Source: the human T2T-CHM13v2.0 reference genome, Homo sapiens. Taken from it: a DNA stretch of 64,000 nt. Under the pieces are notes generated by a model. That model was given only the letters and a program-made list of their open reading frames with translations, was not told where the DNA came from and searched no databases. The stretch's first letter is position 1. Each line of letters starts with the position of its first letter. The stretch is from the NCBI RefSeq assembly GCF_009914755.1, contig NC_060931.1. One strand, written 5' to 3'. Shown here piece after piece: positions 55,835-64,000 of this stretch. A program made the position numbers and the translations under genes.

Positions 55835-58236
55835 TTCCGGGAATTAAAAAAAAAAAAAACAAAACTACCCAACATGTACACATGAGAGTAGACATTGGTT
55901 ATATGGGCCTCAATTACCCTGTTAGAGAAGCGGCAATTCTTCAATGAAACAAACTGTTCTTGCTGTCACTGAAAGTACTAATATAGCTATGGATTGTAGC
56001 TGTGAAAAGTTTTCCTAAATCTCCCTTCATCTGTGATCTCATTATACCCAGTACACATCCTTTAGTTTGCACTAAAAGATTATGATGATTTGTTTATGGC
56101 TATTTTCCTTAAGAGTTTGGAAGTTCCTGAAATGCTAGGATCACGTCTTATTCATCCTAGTAACCCCAATACCTGACACAGGGTATGATACATAGGTAGC
56201 ACTCAATAATAATCATCGATATTTATTGAGCCCCTGCAAGATGCCAGGTAGGATAGAGTGGTGAACAAGATAGATGGGACTCCTGTTCTCATGCAGGTAA
56301 TGTGCAATACCAGTCAGTGCATAGGTAAATGGGTGAAGCACTGAATGGATGTATGTTTGTGTTTTCAGGTACTGCAGTTGCTGTCAGGACATTAAAAAGT
56401 CTGTAAGGCCCTTTTTACTCCTTGAAAGGGATAAAACGCCTTTGCTGAAAACTTCTCTTTGTCATACTGATAAAGGTTCCACAGAGACACAAAGCTTCAT
56501 CCTCCAGGAGAAAGCTTTGTGGCTGGATGAGCCAGAAGGAGGCTACCAGGGATAGACGGACTGGCAGGATGACAGAGTTCAGGTAAACAGTCCACCAGCT
56601 GAAAGCACCGAGAGAGCCTCTTCATCAGTGGTAAGGAGGTTTGTCTATACAATACTTCACATGAACTCTCTATTCTCACCAGTTCCTGATTCAGTCAGCC
56701 CATCAATCCTATTTATAAGATGTCTAATACTTACATGCTGTTCCTCTCAAGAATCCCATGGTATGAATTTCTAGCTAAGTCTGATGTTTCTGTTCTTACT
56801 CTCCGAAGACTGCTCTGATGCATTTTTTTCACGAGAAGCTTGGAAAACAAAGTTAGCTATCAAAATAATAGGTCTCAACAATTCATCATCTAATCCTAAG
56901 TGGCCCTGAAATTTTTCTAAAAAGAATTCAGATTGGGCAGTAACGCATGTCTTAAATTTGTAAAATGGAAGAATGAGGGTAGAAATTTGATTCATCCTAA
57001 AATAATGGTTTTGTATTTCTCACAATTTATTGGTGATAGATGCTTCAAGTCCTAGAAATGCAGAATTTTAAAATAGTAACCATTAACATCTGTATAGCAT
57101 TTTACAAATTAAGTCTCACAAACAACCCATAAGGGAAATAAGGAAGGAATTCGCCATGAGACAAATAATGAAACTTTAGATTTTTTCTAATGTTTTCTAA
57201 TATTTTTCTCCAATTTTATTTTATGAAAAATTTCAAATGCAATAAAATTGAAAGAAAAGAACATTAGACACCCAGGTACCCATCACCTAAACTGAAATGT
57301 TGCCAATATTTTGCTAACTTTGCTTTATCTATACATTTATTAAAATATTTCTTTTTTGCTGAACCATTTGCAACTAAGCTGCAAATATCATAAATGTTAT
57401 CCCTAAATGTTTCAGAATGCATCAATTAAAAATAATGATTTTTATAATGATAATTTCATTTTTACCCTAAGAAAATTGGCGCTTATTCCCTAACATCATC
57501 TAATATTTAAACCATATCTAAATTGCTTCAATTGTCTTACAATGTTCTTTTTTGTTTTTTGTTTTAATTGAGACACAGTTCACATACTGTAATGGACACC
57601 CTTTCAAAGTATAAAATTTACTGGTGTTAGTATACTCCATGACCACTATCTAATTCCAGAACATTTTCATCACGCAAGGAAATCTTTACCCACTCATTAG
57701 CAGTCACTCTTCATTCCCTCCTGCCCTCAGCCCCTGCCAATCACTAGTTTACTTTCTATCTCTATGGACTTGCTTATTCTGTACATTTCACATAAATGGA
57801 ACCATACAATATGTGTCCTTTATGTCTGGCTTCTTTCACTGAACATAATGTTTTCAAGGTTCATCCGTATTGTAGAATGTATTTTGCCACTAAAAGTAAT
57901 GACAAAAATGCAAATACTTTTGCACCAACCTAATAGCACTCCATTTCTTGTTATGGCTGAATGAGATTCCATTTCATGGCTATATCATATTTTCTTTATC
58001 CATCCATTCATTAGTTGGCAGAAAATTTGAGTTGATCCCATTGCTATGAACATTCATGTACAACTTTTTGTGTGGACACGTTTTCAACTCTCTTGAATAT
58101 GCATATATCTAGGAGTGAAATTTCTGGTATATATGGTAACTCCATGTTTAATATTTTAATGAAGTGCCAAGGGTTTTTCAAATGGCTGCATCATTTCACA
58201 TACCCACCAGCAATGTATGACAGTTCCAATTTCTCT

Positions 58237-58393
58237 GGGTTCAGTGTACACTGCTCGGGTTATGGGTACACCAAAATCTCACAAATAACAACTAAAGAAC
58301 TTACTTATATAATCTAATACCACTTCTTCCCTAAAAACCTATGGAAATAATTTTAAAAATAAATAAAAATCAAATGAAATCATAAAAAAGAAA
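58237..58393 (+). mobile_element. Short L1PB1-like 3' end
   Basis: GGGTTCAGTGTACACTGCTCGGG..CACCAAAATCTCACAAAT..CTAAAGAACTTACT..AAAAACCTATGGAAATAA; degenerate TSD GTTCCA(A/G)TTTC. Confidence 0.85.
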
Positions 58394-58440
58394 GGGTTCC
58401 AGTTTCCCCATATCTTCATGAACACATGTTATCGTATATC

Positions 58441-58752
<312 letters not shown>

Positions 58753-58936
58753 CGTATATCTTTTTTATTATTGCCATGATAATGGTGTAAAGTAGTATCT
58801 CATTATGGTTTCGACATGCATTTTCCTAATGATGAATGAAGCTGAGAATTGTTTCATGTACTCATTGACCGTTTATATACTTTCTTTAGAGAAAGCCTAT
58901 TCAAATCCTTTGCTCATTTTAAAATGAGGTTGCCTT

Positions 58937-60817
58937 GATTTTATACCTAGAAAATCCCATCATCTCAGCCCAAAAGCTTCTTAAGCTGATAAGAAACTTT
59001 AGCAAAGTCTCAAGACACAAAATCAATGTGCAAAAATCACTAGCATTCCTATACACCAACAACAGGCAAGCAGAGAGCCAAGTCATAAATGAACTCCTAT
59101 TTACAATTACTACAAAAAGAATAAAATACCTAGGAATATAGCTAACAAGGGAAGTGAAATCAGAGAGGACACAAATGGAAAAACATTCCATGCTCATAGA
59201 TAACAATATCACGAAAATGGCCATACTACCCGAAGTAATTTATAGGTTCAATGCTATTCCCATTAAACTATCATTGACATTCTTTACATAATTAGAAGAA
59301 ACAATTTTAAAATTCCAAAAAAGAGCCTGAATAGTGAAGACAATCCTAAGCAAAAAGAACAAAGCTGGAGGCATCACATTACCTGGCTTCAAACTATACT
59401 TTAAGGCTACAGAAAACAAAACAGCATGGTACTGATACAAAAACTGACACATAGATGAATGGAACCGAATAGAGAACTCAGAAATAAGACTGCACACCTA
59501 CAACCATCTGCTCTTCAACAAACCTGACAAAAACAAGAAAGGGGAAATGACTTCCTATTTAATAAATGGTGCTTGGAGAACTTGCTAGCCATATGCAGAA
59601 AATTGAAACTGGACCTCTTTCTTATACCTTATACAAAAATTAATTCAAGATGAATTAAAGACTTAAATGTAAAACCCAAAACTGTAAAAACCCTGGGAGA
59701 AAATCTAGACAATAACATTCAGGACATAGGCATGGGCAAAGATTTTATGATGTAAATGTCAAAAGCATTTGTAACAAAAGCAAAAATTGACAAAGGGGAT
59801 CTAATTCAATGAAAGAGCTTCTGCATAGCAAAAGAAACTATCATCAGAGTGAACAGACAACCTACAGAATGCAAGAAAATGTTTGCAATCTGTTCATCTG
59901 ACAAAGGCCTAATATCCAGACTCAACAAGGAACTTAAACAAATTTACAAGAAAAAAACAACCCCAATAAAAAGTGGGCAAAGAACAGAAACAGACACTTC
60001 TTCAAAGAAGTCATTCATGCAGCCACAAATATATGGAAAAAAGCTCAACATCACTGATCACTCCAGAAATGAAAATCAAAACCACAATGAGACAGCATCT
60101 ATGCCAGTCAGAATGACGATTATTAAAAAGTCCAGAAACAACAGATGCTGGTGAGGTTGTGGAGAAAAAGGAATGCTTTTACACTGTTGATGGGAGTGTA
60201 AATTAGTTTAACTATTGTGGAAGACAGTGTAATGATTCCTCAAAGATCTAGAGGCAGAAATACCATTTGACTCAGCAATCCCATTACTGGGTATATACCC
60301 AAAGGAGTATAAATCATTCTATTATAAAGATACATGCATGTGTATGTTCATTGCAGCACTATTCACAATAGCAAAGAAATGGAATCAACCCAAATGCCCA
60401 TCAAGGATAGACTGGATAAAGAAAATGTGGTACATATACACCATGGAATACTATGCAGCCATAAAAAGGAATGAGATCATGTCCTTTTCAGGGACATGGA
60501 TGGAGCTGGAAGCTGTTATCCTCAGCAAACCAAACACTCCATGTGGGAGCTGAATGATGAAACCATATGCACACGTTGGGGGAACAACACACATGGGGGC
60601 CTGTCAGGGGGAAGGATGGGAGGAGGGAGACCATCAGGAAGAATAGCTGGTGGATGCTGGGCTTAATACCAAGGGGATGGGTTGATCTGTGTAGTAAACC
60701 ACCATGGCACATGTTTACCTATGTAACAAACCTGTACATCCTGCACATGTGCCCCAGAACTTAAAAGTTGAAAAGCAGTTCACAATATTAAAAAATAATA
60801 ATAAAATAAAATAAAAT
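58937..60817 (+). mobile_element. 5'-truncated L1PA11-13-like element
   Basis: RT and C-terminal peptides ([18 protein letters not shown]..); 3' UTR CATCAGGAAGAATAGCT; TSD AAAAT(G/T)AGGTTGCCTT. Confidence 0.9.
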
Positions 60818-60954
60818 AAAATTAGGTTGCCTTTTATTGTTGAGTCGTAAGGGTTCTTTGTATATTCTGGTTATCAAACCCTTATCGGATACATGATTTG
60901 CAAATATTTTCTTCCATTCTGTGAGTTGTATTTTTACTTTATTGATGACGTCTA

Positions 60955-62040
60955 GACATAGACATGGACGAAGACTTCATGACTAAAACACAAAAGCAAT
61001 GGCAACAAAAGTTAAAATTGACAAATGGGATCTAATTAAACTAAAGAGCTTCCACACAGCAAAAGAAGCTATCATCGCAGTGAAGAGCCAACCTGCAGAA
61101 TGGGAAAAAATTTTTGCAATGTATCCATCTGACAAAGGGCTAATATACAGAATCTACAAAGAACTTAAACAAATTTACAAGAAAAAAACAACCCCATCAA
61201 AAAGTGGGCAAAGGATATGAACAGACATTTCTCAAAATAAGACATATATGCAGCCAACAAACATATGAAAAAAAGCTCATCATCACTGGTCATTAGAGAA
61301 ATGCAAATCAAAGCCACAATGAGATACCATCTCATGCCAGTTAGAATGGCGATCATTAAACAGTCAGGAAACAACAGGTGCTGGAGAGGATGTGGAGAAA
61401 TAGGAACACTTTTACACAGTTGCTGGGACTGTAAACTAGTTCAACCATTGTGGAAGACAGTGTGGCGATTCCTCAAGGATCTAGAACTAGAAATACCATT
61501 TGACTCAGCCATCCCATTACTGGGTATATACCCAACAGACTGTAAATCATTCTACTATAAAGACACATGCACACGTATGTTTATTGAAGCACTATTCACA
61601 ATAGCAAAGACTTGGAACCAACCCAAATGTCGATCAATGAAAGACTGGATAAAGAAAATGTGGCACATATACATCATGGAATACTATGCAGCCATAAAAA
61701 AGTATGAGTTCATGTCCTTTGCAGGGACATGGATGAAGCTGGAAACCATCATTCTCAACAAACTAACACAGGAACAGAAAACCAAACACCGCATGTTCTC
61801 ACTCATGAGTGGGAGCTGAACAATGAGAACACATGGACACAGGGAGGGGAACATCACACACCAGGGCCTGTTGGCATGGGGGGTTAGGGGAAGGATAGTA
61901 TTAGGAGAAATACCTAATGTAGATGACAGGTTGATGGGTGCAGCAAACCACCATGGCACGTGTATACCTATGTAACAAGCCTGCACATTCCACACGTGTA
62001 TCCAAAACTTAAAGTGTAATTTAAAAAAAGAAAGAAAATA
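60955..62040 (+). mobile_element. 5'-truncated L1PA7/8-like element followed by (CA)n at 62045-62069
   Basis: ORF 61265-61819 is the ORF2 C-terminus; 3' UTR GGAGAAATACCTAATGTAGATGAC. Confidence 0.92.
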
Positions 62041-63369
62041 TGGCACACACACACACACACACACACACAAACAACATAAAAGTTTTACATTTTGATGAAG
62101 TTCAGTCCTTCTGTTTTTTCTTTTGTGATTGTTCTTTTGGTGTCATTGTCTAAGAAATAGTTGTCTAATCCAAGGTCATGAAATTTACTCCTCTGCTTTC
62201 TTCTAAGAGTTTTATAGTTTTAGCTCTTACATTTAGGTCTATAGTCAACTTTGAATTAATTTTTGTAAAAGGTGTAAAGTAGGGATCCAACTTAATTTTT
62301 TCCCATATAAATACCCAGTTATCCCAGTACCACTTACTGAAAAGATTATTTTTTCTCCCTTGAATTGTCTTGACACCCTTGTCAGAATCAGCTGACCATA
62401 TACCTATGGGTTTATCTCTGGGATCTCATTTCTATTCCACTGATCCATATGTCTAACCTTGTGCTATATTTATGCTAGTCTTGATTACTGTAGCTTTGCA
62501 GTAAGTTTTGAAATTGGTAAGTATGTGTTCTCCAACTTCGCTCTTCTTTTTCAAGATTGTTTTTGCTATTCTAGGTTCCGTGTATTTCCATATGAATTTT
62601 AAGATCAGCTTATCAATTCCTGCAAAACAGATAGCTAGGATTTTGATAGGGATTGTGTTTAATTTTTTTTTAACTTACAAAGAGTGGCTTTTAGGTAATA
62701 GTCAATAAGCTTTTCTAAGCGAAGAAGTTTTTCAAGGACAATCACTTTTAACTATTTTAATTGTTCCAAACGACTAAATATGGGGTATTTATTGTCATTT
62801 TTAAATAACTTCATTCATTTTGAAGAAAAATTACATTAAATACATGCAAAACTGAGTTTCAAAGGGTGTTCATGAATAAAGATTTGTGCTACCAAGTAAT
62901 CTACAGCACTCTTAGCAAGAACCAGTGCTCTCTAATCAGCAACTTTTTTAAAGATAATTTTGCAAGAGTTTTTTTGCTTTTAAAGAAACCTGATTGCTAA
63001 TTATTAAAAAGAGTACTACATAGCTCCAAGCACTAAGAAAGTGAGCAACAGATTGAAAGATGAATTTTCAGTGAATGAAAATTCAAAAAGCAACAACCAC
63101 ACTTCAATCTGTTGGGGTAGGCTCTTTAAATGCCCCTTTATGGAAGTCTGATTGCCTGGGATTTCAGTTAGTAATACTGTCAAAGAAAAATATCTCACAA
63201 TGCTTCCTCTTATGAGTTTGCATGTCTAACCCTTGCAAGTGATTTTTTTCCCCTACTGCTCTTTCTTCTCCTCAATGCCTCTTCATCGCTTACCTCCACT
63301 TCCTCTTCCTTGAGCCCTCATTTTTTTCTTTTTTTGGGATTTCATGTTTAGATTTTAAAAAGCATTTTA

Positions 63370-63682
<313 letters not shown>

Positions 63683-64000
63683 GTATGTTAAAGTATAGTG
63701 AAAATACATTGTTACTTACATAATTTTTTCTACATCAAGATCACTGCCAACTGATTATACATCCTGCAAAAGTGCCAGGGTCCTGGCTGGGGAATGTGGG
63801 GATCAGTTTGGATGAGCATGCTGATGTATGTCAAGACATGATGCTATCTATTTGTCCACTGACTCTCCAACAAGATAGACTTAGCTGTAATGTTTCCTAA
63901 CAAAATGTTTTGGTACTTCTAAGACAAATTTTTCTTCAATAGGACTCAAGATTGAAGTGACAAATTTTTCTCTATGGCAAACACTATGCAATAAAGGAAA

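Noticed and set aside
60765-60817. Short non-A segment GCAGTTCACAATATT in an L1 tail
   Set aside because: Too short (~15 bp) to separate a transduction from tail decay.

Overview
Human genomic DNA (a near-intact AluYb8/9, a human-specific subfamily, lies at 58441-58752). It is AT-rich and dominated by interspersed repeats: about 20 Alus, L1PA/L1PB/L1M fragments, a decayed MER57-type ERV1 provirus with integrase and env remnants, THE1/MST/MLT1 LTRs, a solo LTR12C, hAT-Charlie and Tigger DNA transposons, MIR and L2. I find no protein-coding gene, tRNA, rRNA or CRISPR array; the listed ORFs are Alu/L1/LTR read-throughs or chance frames. The window looks intergenic or deep-intronic and I cannot name the locus. 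The best observations are structural: (1) a TSD-flanked, polyadenylated retrocopy of non-coding sequence that splits an MLT1 LTR and contains a sense LTR12C, possibly forming a compact promoter-to-poly(A) unit; (2) an L1PA insertion with a ~50-bp 3' transduction; (3) a + strand recursive-splice motif followed by a 58-nt exon with stops in all three frames; (4) a deletion-like junction patched with permuted, inverted L1 fragments; (5) several + strand splice-signal clusters hinting at an unannotated or non-coding transcript. Repeat subfamily names come from recalled consensus features, not an alignment, and boundaries of old repeats are approximate.
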